DNA of 64,000 bases from Trichoplax sp. H2 (lineage: Eukaryota): positions 310,001 through 374,000 of the forward strand of contig NOWV01000022.1 of NCBI GenBank assembly GCA_003344405.1. Reading direction: 5' to 3'. The position numbers were made by a program, and so were the translations under genes. The notes beneath the pieces were generated by a model. It worked only from the letters and a program-made list of their open reading frames with translations. It was not told the origin of the DNA and ran no database searches. The stretch's first letter is position 1; each line of letters begins with the position of its first letter. This document shows positions 28,201 to 39,276 of this stretch, piece by piece.

Positions 28201-28434
28201 TGAATGTACTGCCAAACAGGAGCTGCTGGTTATTGTGCGTATAAGCTTGTTCCGTACGGTCCAGTTGACGAGGTATTACCGTATTTAACTCGTAGAGCTT
28301 TAGAAAACAGAGGATTTGTTTCGGGAGCTACGCGAGAACGAGAACTGATGTGGAAGGAATTTAAGCACCGTTATTTTTCTGATAAATCTGGAGCTGATAA
28401 TATCGATAATATGAATAAATACAACGTCAATTAG
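22244..28434 (+). CDS. PRODH: Mitochondrial proline dehydrogenase (PRODH1/sluggish-A-like). Exons: 22244-22564, 23079-23284, 24547-24578, 25031-25186, 26159-26223, 26607-26732, 26924-26985, 27072-27147, 27240-27332, 27413-27559, 27647-27912, 27994-28082, 28220-28434
   Basis: Motifs [98 protein letters not shown] and [23 protein letters not shown]. Also an EF-hand-like DINETGKIGRIDW and an N-terminal presequence-like peptide. Confidence 0.96.
25344..25893 (-). mobile_element. Solo-LTR-like insertion (550 bp) in PRODH intron 4
   Basis: Termini TGTCAC...GTAACA with a 5-bp TSD GTATT (25339-25343 and 25894-25898). Homologous to 15200-15751. Confidence 0.75.
26322..26610. repeat. Three tandem copies of a ~97-bp unit ending at a PRODH splice acceptor
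   Basis: actgatatagat..caat.at...ccattatctaat.atacctcgtatagacgatgaagtaatatt...cgtatatac.tat.tct.tag starts at 26322, 26419 and 26516. Confidence 0.9.
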
Positions 28435-29264
28435 AACTTATTTTAAAACATTATGACTACGTATGGCCCCTTGCAATCTCAGATGCCTGTTACTTAAAGT
28501 ATAAACGGTATCACATTTTATATTAACTATTTTGTGTCACTCGCTTTCTTCAAATGGAACATTATAAACCTGTATGGTAACGCTTTTACAATATGTTCCA
28601 GGTAAAGTGTGCTTGTGTTTTACGTAATCATCGAAAGATGGATGAATTTTAAAGAATGCGATAAGTTAAATTTAGCCTATCTAGTTTATTTCTTTTCATA
28701 TAATGCAGCGATACTCAACCTATGTACATACAGTACTATTTCAAAATATGCATTTTGAACAAGGAGGCCGAAGCCTTAGTTGAATTAGTACGTCTATCAA
28801 GCAATACTCGTATTTGGTAACATGGCTACAGTAGCCCGTAGATGTTATATATGACCTTTTTATTTATTGATGAGGCTTACATCGCAATTATCACTTGTTT
28901 TCATGTATAATACAGTGCAATAGTATCTCATTTGAGGAATAGAACTTACAGAAATTATAATCTTTGTATCAACTTCGCTACATCTATATCGAAGAAGACA
29001 AAAGTCATTTTAATGACTTTACAAATAAAAGAAAGCCTTGAATGTACGAATCAGTTCATAAATTTCTCTGTTAAAAAAATAGAAACTTTCAAATTTACGA
29101 ACGTCACATTAGCTATATTACAAATAAGTGTATTTGAAATAGCAGACCCTAATCAGGAAATTTTCAATATTATACGTAGTATCAATAGAAGCAAGAAGGA
29201 GATAAAACTGATCAAGAATGAGTAATCATTATAAAATAAATGTTTAGTAAACCATAAGTTTTCA

Positions 29265-32040
29265 TTAAGTTCGAGAAGCCTGAACCTAAAGGAGAAAAGC
29301 AATCGTTATGACAATATCAGTATTAGCAAATAAAACAGCTATAATGTCTATACTAACGCGTACCCTATTTCATAGCTACAATAAATCGTAACAGAAATAG
29401 AGAATATCGTTAACTAGTGGATGTGCATTGTAATATAGTGACTCACCTTGTCTTTCATTTGCTGACAAAGTCGTAAAGCTAGTGAGATACTTCTTAAAAC
29501 ATTGGACAGTCTTGGTATACACGTTTCTACCTGAGGAACAGAAAACGCTCATTTTAAGAACGGCAACACTCCCATCAATTCCGGCAGTTTTGGTTGAGCA
29601 TTAAAAATATGCGCAGACAAAATATTTATCGAAATACCTGCATATTATGCGCTATCTCATACATGACTTTGGCACCGGACAGCTGCGTGTTTATGCTATA
29701 TTTAGAGAATGCGGATTGTTACTGTGACATCATTCAATAACGATGCGATGAAACTTTCTCATATGGAGAATATACTTACAACGTAGTACCAATTAAACTT
29801 GTATTCCCAGGTTTCTATTAAAATATATAATTCAAGATCGCGTTCAAAATTATGAAATATTTTATCTTGTAGTAAGATCATAGGAAAAAATGGATTATTA
29901 ATTGGTTGTGAAAAGTTTAAAATCATACATATTGGATCTGGGAGGCTTGATTAGGGGATTTAAGATTGAAAAAGTATAATTTCATGATCAATTGATCTCT
30001 ATTGATATAAAAGTCGGTCAATACATCTTCAGGCAATGGAGGATCAAACATATTCTAAATATTTAAATCGAGAACATAATTATACAGTTAGATAACAAAA
30101 AGTCGTCAATGTTGCATTACTATCATAATAGGTATTACACTGCTTTCGGAATTTAAGATTTCAGCTGGATGTCTGATAGTAGGTAAAATTAAGGCGGTTT
30201 CAGCTTGACTTAAGCTATTCATGAAGTTATCAATAATCTAATGTGAAATGAAGACAATAATGTACAAATATTACTTCCAGATCTCTATATAATAAAAAGT
30301 ATTGCATCACATTTATCTAAAACTAAGACAACACCGTGACTTTGTAAATATGAATTTTATTGATACCCACTTTACAAACTTCATCGCCGGACTTGAAAAG
30401 CTTGCCTTTCGTTTGCTCAAAAGACTTTAATGTTATATTTACAAACCGAGTTGCGTCTCGTAACTATTGAAAAGGTAGTTGTAAAATTAAGTTACTTGGA
30501 AGTATAGGGCCATTTTCGATACTAAATAACAATATCTTTACTAAATTAGTATTAATACCTTAACATCATAAACTTCTAAACATTATACGATAATTCATTA
30601 ATAGAGAGTTAGTAATACGTTGCGGTAAGAGTGATTGTTTTAGAAGTTATCATGAACACTTGTGTATGTTAAACAATACCACACTCATTGTGTCTACTGT
30701 ATGTATTCATAGTTTTAGGTACACATTTACTGGAGCATATTTTTGTTTGCGAAGAATGTTGTACCCTACAAAGCTAATATCGAAATTAGCTCAATACATT
30801 CAAATGTTAATGGATAAATTTACCTGAAATAATCTAAGAGGCCAACATTCACGAATTCCAATTGAGACCTGGGTAGGATTCACTTTACTAGGCCTTGTAA
30901 CCGTAATATCCTTTAATCAATGCAAAAATCGTAGATTTATCTAATCTCTAAACTATTTTACATAGCTATATAGTATTAAATTACGTTATTAAAGCTAATG
31001 AAAATAAATCATTTCATGCCACTTACCGCTTTAGTTATACTATCTGCATTGATAGTGATAATGCCCTTAACTAAATCTTTCCTTTATTGCATATACGAAA
31101 TAATAAATGTAAATCAAATAGAGAGATTTGGACTACGTTATCCTGTACTATCATTCTTTCGTTATGATTTATTTTAGAAAGGATAAATTTCTTAATATGC
31201 TAAAGTAAATATTTCGTACTTACTGGGGCAAAGTCATTTTAAAATTTTCAGGCTTTGCTTCAGAATCTTCAACTTTGATAAGGGAAGGTGTCATTAAAGA
31301 TATTAGAATTGAATATATCAAATAACAAGATCGCCGAATCGGATGCTGAAATTATATTACTGTTGTACCGTAATTCTTATGATTTAGAAATATACAGTAC
31401 AGTATGATAATTACCGTATACTTGCATATTATTTATTTAAATCTTATAAGGTACAGTGTATCAAGTAGTCAGCATAGTCATGACTTAACAATGCTCTCTG
31501 TTGAAGCTTAGAGTAAAGTGGCATCAACGTGCATTTAAACGGTTACAAAACTTCAGTATCAACGAGAGGCAGTTAATGGCATGTACCATGCATGGTGTTT
31601 TATATGAACAGCAACATGCAATAAATAGATAGTAGATACTTTACTCTCTCAATGGAGAACTAAATAATGGGTTAAGATCACACAGTAATCAAGCACATGA
31701 AATAAAACTTGCTATTTTTGACGATGTAAAAATTAGTAACTCAACTTACCTATTACATTCATTACTCCTAAATTTTGTTCAGAAATCTAATAAGCAAAAT
31801 CAACAGGAGCATTTTAAAGTGCAGTTAAATATGATGAATACAATGATTACGGGTCGTAGAATAATTTAATATATGAAAGACGCTTCTGAGTATTATTAAA
31901 GGGATTTTACTGTTGAATCATTGACTATACAAAGATACGACGATAGACAGTACTTGACTGATAGGCACCTTAATAAATTCACCAAGACGATTGAAATCTT
32001 GTGGCAAATCGTAATGTAGCAACCATTGAAATTCCTTACC
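29265..32040 (-). CDS. ROGDI: Rogdi homolog (leucine-zipper-like). Exons: 32040-31969, 31786-31750, 31272-31224, 31081-31027, 30910-30824, 30463-30371, 30237-30139, 30054-29929, 29814-29780, 29695-29638, 29530-29447, 29285-29265. Start exon unresolved (possibly an ATG-only exon at 32340-32338)
   Basis: Not in the ORF track because the exons are short. Translation GKEFQWLLHYDLPQDFNRLGEFIK...KPENF...DLVKGIITINADSITKAD...LRDATRFV...FKSGDEV...MFDPPLPEDVLTDFYIN...VETCIPRLSNVLRSISLALRLCQQMKDK matches recalled human ROGDI segments (EEEFRWLLHDEV, DQVKGVLTLQGD, MFAPALPSDLLVNVYIN, VECVIPWL...LQLCQQLKDK). Phases are consistent. Confidence 0.88.
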
Positions 32041-33531
32041 CTGCACGTTATGAATAGTAAGCAGTCTTTAAACATATTATTCGATGAAAATATACGTATG
32101 AAAACTGTAGCTGTCAGCAAGCGAATAGTGGAGATTGACTAATTTTAAACTTTCGACCTTGCATAAGGGTATCACGAATCAAAAGAGTTAGTCGCCTTTA
32201 TCAATATAGCAGCAAATAGGAATTCAAGTTTGTAAGTTTACTAGTCTCAGTTACAATAAGTTAAGCAGAAATCATTTACATTTCCTTATAAAATTGGTAT
32301 CAGGCTACAACTGATTTTTTTAGTTCTTTCGACTAACCATAGTGCAAGTTTTTTTAATTAGAATATAAATTTTACAGCTAGCTTACTGAGTCAATGAATA
32401 ATCTCTGGAGAGATTTAAGAATGGATCTGAAATTGCAATTCTACGCGCATGATATACTCAATCAATTTTATAACTATCTGCAGAGTTGATATTCCCTAGA
32501 GATTATTACTATTATTATTATTCTAATTATCTGTCAACTCTCAAGCGTTGTTTACAACGATGCCTGCAGGTAAGGTAAGCAAGCTAGTAAGTAAAATTGA
32601 AGCAAGTGTAATCTATACGAAGAATAATTGAGAGAATAACAAGTTGCCAACAAAGTACTGAGTGGGAAACCCAGTTATCATAGGCATAATTTATAGTGGC
32701 TATTCATAATTTAATTACCATTGCGTATTTGCGTTGTTACTGTACATGTAAATTGCAATTACGTCCATACCATCACTACATACTACAGACCACGTAATAG
32801 CAATGATAATAATGGAATAATTTTTTCGGACTAGAAAAGCAATATGGTATAAAATAGTAGTGGTAGTACTCTATTACAACAACCTCAATGACTGAATTTC
32901 CGTCTAATTTAACTGACTTTAGAGAAGAAACGAAGACTGCGGTCTCTAATACTGTACAGTAATACAGTAGTATAAAAACACACTGGCTGCAGAATTGCAT
33001 GAGGTATGATGGACATTCTTGTAATATTTCAAGCAACAGAAAGTCATGTGTTTCATAATATGGTGCGATCTAATATTAATGATGATCCATGATTATCCAA
33101 TAGATTTATCATTGTTGGCAAAAAATGACAGAAGATGAAGCTTTCGATTGATTGCTTGTAGGACATTGCAATCCTCATCGAACGTAGCTGTTCCCTAAGC
33201 TATTGAATCTTTCATTCACATGCAGAAGATTAACATGTTGCAATGTGCTCCCCCCATTTCTTACACTGCGGTCATAAAAGTATCCTTTAAGTAATGGTAA
33301 GATATGAAAATTGGAAAGGGGAATGGACCTCTTAGATAGCAGCTTTCATACTGACAACATGCCTGTAATTTTGGTATCCTATGTTAAGATTTTGCTCTTC
33401 TCTACCGACCTTATTGACATTTTCCTTTTGTAGTTGCTGACGAAGTGGGGTAACATTTGCAAATGCTGCCATCGTCACCACAGCCAATCGAACATGGAAA
33501 GTGCGTCGTAGTTCAGTAATTTAGTTTTGTC

Positions 33532-33550
33532 ACTCTCTCTCTCTCTCTCT
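33532..33550. repeat. (CT)n microsatellite
   Basis: ctctctctctctctctctc. Confidence 0.85.
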
Positions 33551-33739
33551 CCTACAATAAATGGCTAATTTGAATCATGGCTCTATATCATAAGATAGTT
33601 TGTTCAATCCAACACCTCGACCCATCAAGACTGGAGAATTTGCTGAGGAAAGTGTGCAAGGGCTGTAAATCTTGATGATGAGATCAAAGCCATTAGAGTA
33701 CAAAGTACTGTATATTTGGGGACCAGTACCGTACCTGTA

Positions 33740-34685
33740 CAAAGTGTCCGAGAAACTTTTACGTATTTCAACGAAAGTAAAATGATAAAAAATGTACAGA
33801 ACTTTAACAAATTGCATGCCAAATCATAGAGCAGAAATCCAATAAGGCGAATCCGTCGTTATAATTTGCGTACGATATCGAATTTCGAAATAATTATTCA
33901 TTAAAGTACGCCGATTGCTACAGTACTAAGAAAAAAAAAGAGGGTTTTGTGTACTGTACTGTATGTACTGTAGCAGCAGGCCTTCGTGGCGAGAATTCAG
34001 GTACTGTAGCTTGGGAATGAGTACATTCTGCCTACCCAAACCTCACTCAGTACCGTCAAGGTTAATATAACTTTTCTAGCGCTACTAGAAAATCACTTCA
34101 GAACAGTACATGAATACAGTGTACAGTACTATATACTGTAGCCGTTGAACCCATCCACTGTAACTGTACAGTGTACAGTACAGCCTATAGTACATTGTAG
34201 TGAAAACAGTAAGTACTGTACAGTAGTACAGTTGTGCATTCGTACGAAAGCAAAATAATAAATAATGTACAAAATTTTAACAAATTGCACGTCAAACCAT
34301 AGAGCAGAAATCCAATAACACGAATTCGTCGTTATAATTTGCGTATGATATCGAATTTCGAAATAATTATTCATTAAAGTACGCCGATTGCTACAGTACT
34401 AAGAAAAAAATGAGGGTTTTGTGTAAAGTACTGAGGGTGGACGGGCTAATTTCTATGATTTTTGTGAAGGTAAATGTAAACAAAATTTTTGATTTCTTCA
34501 ATAAATTTTATATGAAACGAAAGAGAATGAGTTGAATTACAAGAATCCGTTGTCAGAATTACTATACGAAACGTAGTTTCTTCGTAAATTATGTTTAGAG
34601 CCAAACCGTTATTTCGAAAACTACAGTACGCAAAAATCTCCATACTAATTAACTTACTACAGTACAAAATAATACTGTAGAGTAC
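33740..34685 (+). repeat. Stack of related transposon-end-like repeats: ~185-210-bp direct repeats at 33740-33952 and 34238-34424, plus a diverged copy at ~34430-34685
   Basis: catagagcagaaatccaataa...gatatcgaatttcgaaataattattcattaaagtacgccgattgctacagtactaagaaaaaaa.gagggttttgtgta occurs twice. The first copy begins TA|CAAAGTGTCCGAGAAA, resembling the CAGGGTGTCC-type termini of DD41D elements. Confidence 0.7.
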
Positions 34686-36543
34686 CGAATTTGCCGCGAA
34701 ATGGACAATTCCCCAAACCATTTTTTTATGCTCTTCTGCATGCAAGATACTAAAAATGACTTACTTGTCTGTTAATAAAATCATCTTATGACGTGTAAAT
34801 TGAATTAATATAGTAACTGTAGTCTTAAAGTAATGTCTAAAATTGAAGGCAGTGACTTAATGATGTCAAATAAAGTTGAAATAAAAGCGTTATTTGTGAT
34901 TTAGTAAGTCTAAAAATCTGGTGCAAATTGATGTCAATTCAATCGATCAATAATTTGAGACGTAAATAACAATTTAAAAATGTCGACCTTGAAAGTGTAA
35001 CTTAATTATCCAATTAACGACTAAGCGTATAAAGCAGTATGGGGAGCGTCTTGAGTTGATTGAAATGCTTGAAGAAATTAATAGAATTGACACAATTTAA
35101 TATGAATTGAAACAAGGTTTTATTTACAAGCAGAGAGGCATTTCTAACACAAGAGAAACCTAGGAACTGCGGCATTGACGCGCAGTGATAATATTGCTAA
35201 CATAGCAAATTGCAATAAAATTTGCATTGAAATATTAACTACGGCAGGTAATATAAAAGCAGTGATATACTGTACAGAAAATTGCAATAAGGATTACGTT
35301 GAAGGGCATTAAAAAATCATAGTAGATAACGTACATTAACATAACATAACAGATGTGGTATTATTATATAATACAAATTACCGAGATAAAAAATTAAAAA
35401 AAAAATATTAAACTAAATTCCGTATAATAGCACAGTAGCAATCCTAACAAAATTTATAATTCAACATGTCCTCCGTCAACAGAAATACATTTCTGTATTC
35501 TGTTGACGAAGGCTTCATAAACATTATACAGCATCTCCTGCGTTATTGTACTAATTTCTTTTTCAGTATTTTCTTCAAGTACAGAAACATTTTTACGACA
35601 ATCATATTTATAAACACGTTGCTTCAAGTATCCCCACAGAAAGAAATCTAGTGGGGTTAAATCTGGCAAACGTGCAGGCCAGGTTATTGGTGCTATATTA
35701 ACCTTACCAATCCACCTACCTTCAAAGGTAGTGTGGAGATATTCGACGACGCTTCAACTATAATGAGCCCAAGCGCCGTCTTGCTGGAATATGCAGGTTC
35801 CAAGCAAGCATAATTCGGCAAGCTTGGGCTCCACATATTCCCGCAACATGGTGAGATAGTTCTCACCACAAACATTGTCATAGAAATAGTACGGCCCGAT
35901 AATGCCATTCAAGTGAATAGCACACCAGACCGTAACTTTTTCTGCCTGCCGTAATTTGATGGAAAAATGATCAGGCTTGACTGCGCTCCACCAACGGCTA
36001 TTCTGTGAGCACACAGTGCCGTTGGTGTAGAAGGTAGCCTCATCCGTAAATACAATATTAGGTGTAAAAAATGTTCTAGATCTAATTAAATCTAAAAAAG
36101 CATAACATGCATCTCTACGTTTACCGTAGTCATCCACTAATAATTTATGACGGCAAACTTTTTTACAAGGTTTTAATTTTAAAACTTTAGTTAATATTTC
36201 CTGTACGCACGTTTTGGGGATCCCGGTTTCGTTTGCGATTTCGCGGATGGACTTGTCCGGATTTCGTACGATGATGGCCTTGTTGATTGTAGTCCTTTCG
36301 CCAACCAAGCTAGGCCTTTTCTTGTGCTTCTTTCGATGACATGATTGTGTCATCGAATATTTCTTCACATTATATGTGAAGGTATTTTCGGCTGGATCCA
36401 ATGCCGGATACTTCTTCTTGAAAGCCCGCTTTGCTAAGACTGGGGACTCGTATTTGTGCATGAGTCGCACCATCTCCGCCGTCTGTTCAAAACCACACTC
36501 AGTACCGTCAAGGTTAATATAGCACCTTTTCCAGCGCTACTAG
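34038..36543. repeat. Pair of ~50-bp direct repeats (34038-34088 and 36490-36543) bracketing the transposase region
   Basis: aaacc(t/a)cactcagtaccgtcaaggttaatata...cttttc(t/c)agcgctactag at both positions. Confidence 0.85.
35454..36490 (-). pseudogene. Tc1/mariner-superfamily transposase (DD41D/rosa-Visitor-like, DUF4817-type HTH) with one in-frame TGA at 35756-35754 and a probably truncated 5' end
   Basis: ORFs 35754-36473 and 35454-35669 are in the same frame. Motifs IVFTDEATFY, KVTVWCAI, IIGPYYF, FQQDGAWAHYS*SVVEYL and WPARLPDLTPLDFFLWGYLK. 43 residues lie between the second and third catalytic Asp. Confidence 0.92.
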
Positions 36544-39276
36544 GCATTCGTATTAATTAATGCTCATACAGGTTCAAGAAACTGATATATATTTTATAAA
36601 AGTATTTCGGTCAAGGAGTAGTCAAATAGAGTCGACCATTTCATCCTTCTTTCAAAGCTTCCAATGCAACTTCTTCTCTTGATTCTTTTTCTCTTTACAA
36701 AAATTTAAAATCTCTTCAAGTTTTACAAAAGAAGGAAAAAGTTGCGTGCATAACTGTTGTTATTACCGTACAGTGTGTACAGTGTACTGCCGTAAGCTAT
36801 TCTACTAGCTGGACCTCTTATAAACCCCATCGTTACCGTAGCTTTATGATATTGAAGTTACAATAAACAGCAATAGCCATTCTTAAACATTCTAACACAC
36901 GGTATAGCGAAATTAATTTAATAAGATGATCGATATGTGAATAGCTTGTAATGTACAATTCCAATAGTTACATTTGAAATTTTAGTATACTAATGTTGAC
37001 AGTCAATTTTCAAAGAAGATATCCCATGACGTTAGTCTGTGTCAGCATTGAAATTTCGATTACAGCAGATTGAGAATGTACGTATTTCTATCTGTTGCAA
37101 GTTGGCATAAAAATAGATAAGCTCTATGTTTGCATATTTTGCATGTTCAATATTAGCATATCCCCATGACATTATCCAAACGAAATTTTTTACTTTACTA
37201 ATGATGAATAATTAGCAATGTATTCCTATCTTTTGCTCTGTACAAAGATTACTCGTTACTTTTCTATAAATCTTATGCCATTAATATGTACACTTATCTT
37301 AAATCAGATACTTTATTTATTAAGCAAACAAGGACGATAACTAAACAAAGAGTAAAAACATATCAATAGTAAAAGTTTCGCCTCAACAAACTATTTCAAT
37401 GCATCGATTCTAGAACAAGCCAAAGGGTTCGTTATATCAAATTCTAATTACATGTATATCAATTTTTAAAGTTTGTTACATCTGCTGATCAAAGATGAAG
37501 TTGCGACGAATGATAAATAAAACTTAAATTACGTCATCAATCTTTAAGCACACGTTGAATAACTTAACAAACCATTTTAGACTTACGCGAAAATTTTATA
37601 TGTTTTCTTACCTTCATCCATACTTTTTTACATATACAAGCGTAAACCAATAAAAATTCTATAATAGATTAAAGCCTTGTATAATGAACTTGATACTAAA
37701 GGCGGAACTACACCAAAAGGTTAAGTAGAATCATCAATTAGTTATATATTGCGTGCAAGTATTAGGATTTTTTGATTCTCGTAATAGCTGACAGTATGAT
37801 ATAGTTATCATAAACCAGGTTTGTGACAAGAATTACAGTAAGCGTATGCGCTAATCAAAGATACTAAAATTTTCAATCCTTGATGAACTTAATGATTATA
37901 TTCGGATTACGTCGTTTATTATCGCAAGGTGTGTGAGCTATGTAAATGGTATAAGTCAAATTTACGATGGAGAAATAAATCGATATTTCCATCAATTTTC
38001 CTATAGTACATCTAAAGCTCAGTAGTAGTTAAAATAATTTATTTATTTACTAAAATTATGTTATATCGGAATAGATTTATTTTGATCTATGCAGAGCACT
38101 TAGTTGTAATCTAAAGTAAACTGAAGTTCATTTAAATTAAATAATCTTTCAATTTAGTTCGAATGAATGCCAGAGAACATCGCGAATTTAGTATATAATC
38201 CTATTTAATAACTAACCAACCACGTTGAAACAACTTATTAGTTACTCATATAGTAAAAGATTATTTGGTTAATGTGTCTCGCCCAAATTTTAATATTACA
38301 TTAATTATAATCTATCCTAACATTAGATAAATAGATTAATGCATACATCTAATCAGTTAAGCATTTTATTTAAATTATAGATCGTCAAACAGATGCATTA
38401 ACTATTATAATCATCAGCCTCTTACTTAAATATTTTTATTAATTGAAATAATTACTATACATAATAACTTCGCTGTATTATATTGTAATGGATCAAATCG
38501 CTTAATGTCTTCTCCTTGTATAGATTAATATGGTGCTGATATAATGCGCAATATCTGTCACATCCTATACATATATGTACTCAAATGAAGTTTTTTGGTC
38601 CAAAGGTGTTTAAGTAACAATAAAAATTCTGTAAGAATAACTAGTTTACAAACCAAAGTTGGTAACATTAATTACTCGTAAGTCGTACCATTGTCGATTT
38701 ATTATTCCCTTTCGCCTTCATATAGTATTAGTATGAATAGAATTCGCTGGCATCCAATGTCATAGAATATCCAAAAAAGCTAATTTATCAGCAAATATTA
38801 ATTTGAATTTATAAGCAGTATCATTTTAATATTCATTCATTTAGAATGAACTTTACTAATACGAGTATATAAATTACAGGCTCATTGAGAATTTAAAACC
38901 TAGGTTTGTTGAATTCAGTAAACTCTCACATGATTATTGGGTTTGTATAATTATTTTGGCGAATTTAATTCTATGTTAATATCTGTAGACTGGCACATTA
39001 ATCCTATAACACTAGAATTTTAAGTAAGAGTTAAATAATCACCTTTAAGATGACGTAATATCACATAGTTTCACAGCCTAGTGATTACAATACTATACAG
39101 TAAGTAGCTCTATATAGAGAAAATGTTACACCAAGTAATAGATAAGTTTATTTTAATATTATACACTATTCATTTTTACTGAATTGTACAACTCTCTGAC
39201 ATGGCAATGATTGTAAAAATATTCTTTTTTCGACTAGAAATATTCTAAGTCAATCTGTAACTTTCATAGACGAATA

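Noticed and set aside
32560..33690. Possible + strand gene starting ATG CCT GCA G|gtaag, head-to-head with ROGDI
   Set aside because: I could not assemble a stop-free spliced ORF or recognise any homology.
34860..35165. Possible second ORF opposite the transposase (TKRIKQYGERLELIEMLEEINRIDTI...)
   Set aside because: Multiple stops and no recognisable domain. No RuvC/TnpB/Fanzor motifs were seen.
35754..35756. Programmed readthrough or selenocysteine at the transposase TGA
   Set aside because: The position is not a Cys site and no SECIS-like or readthrough context was seen. A simple nonsense mutation is sufficient.
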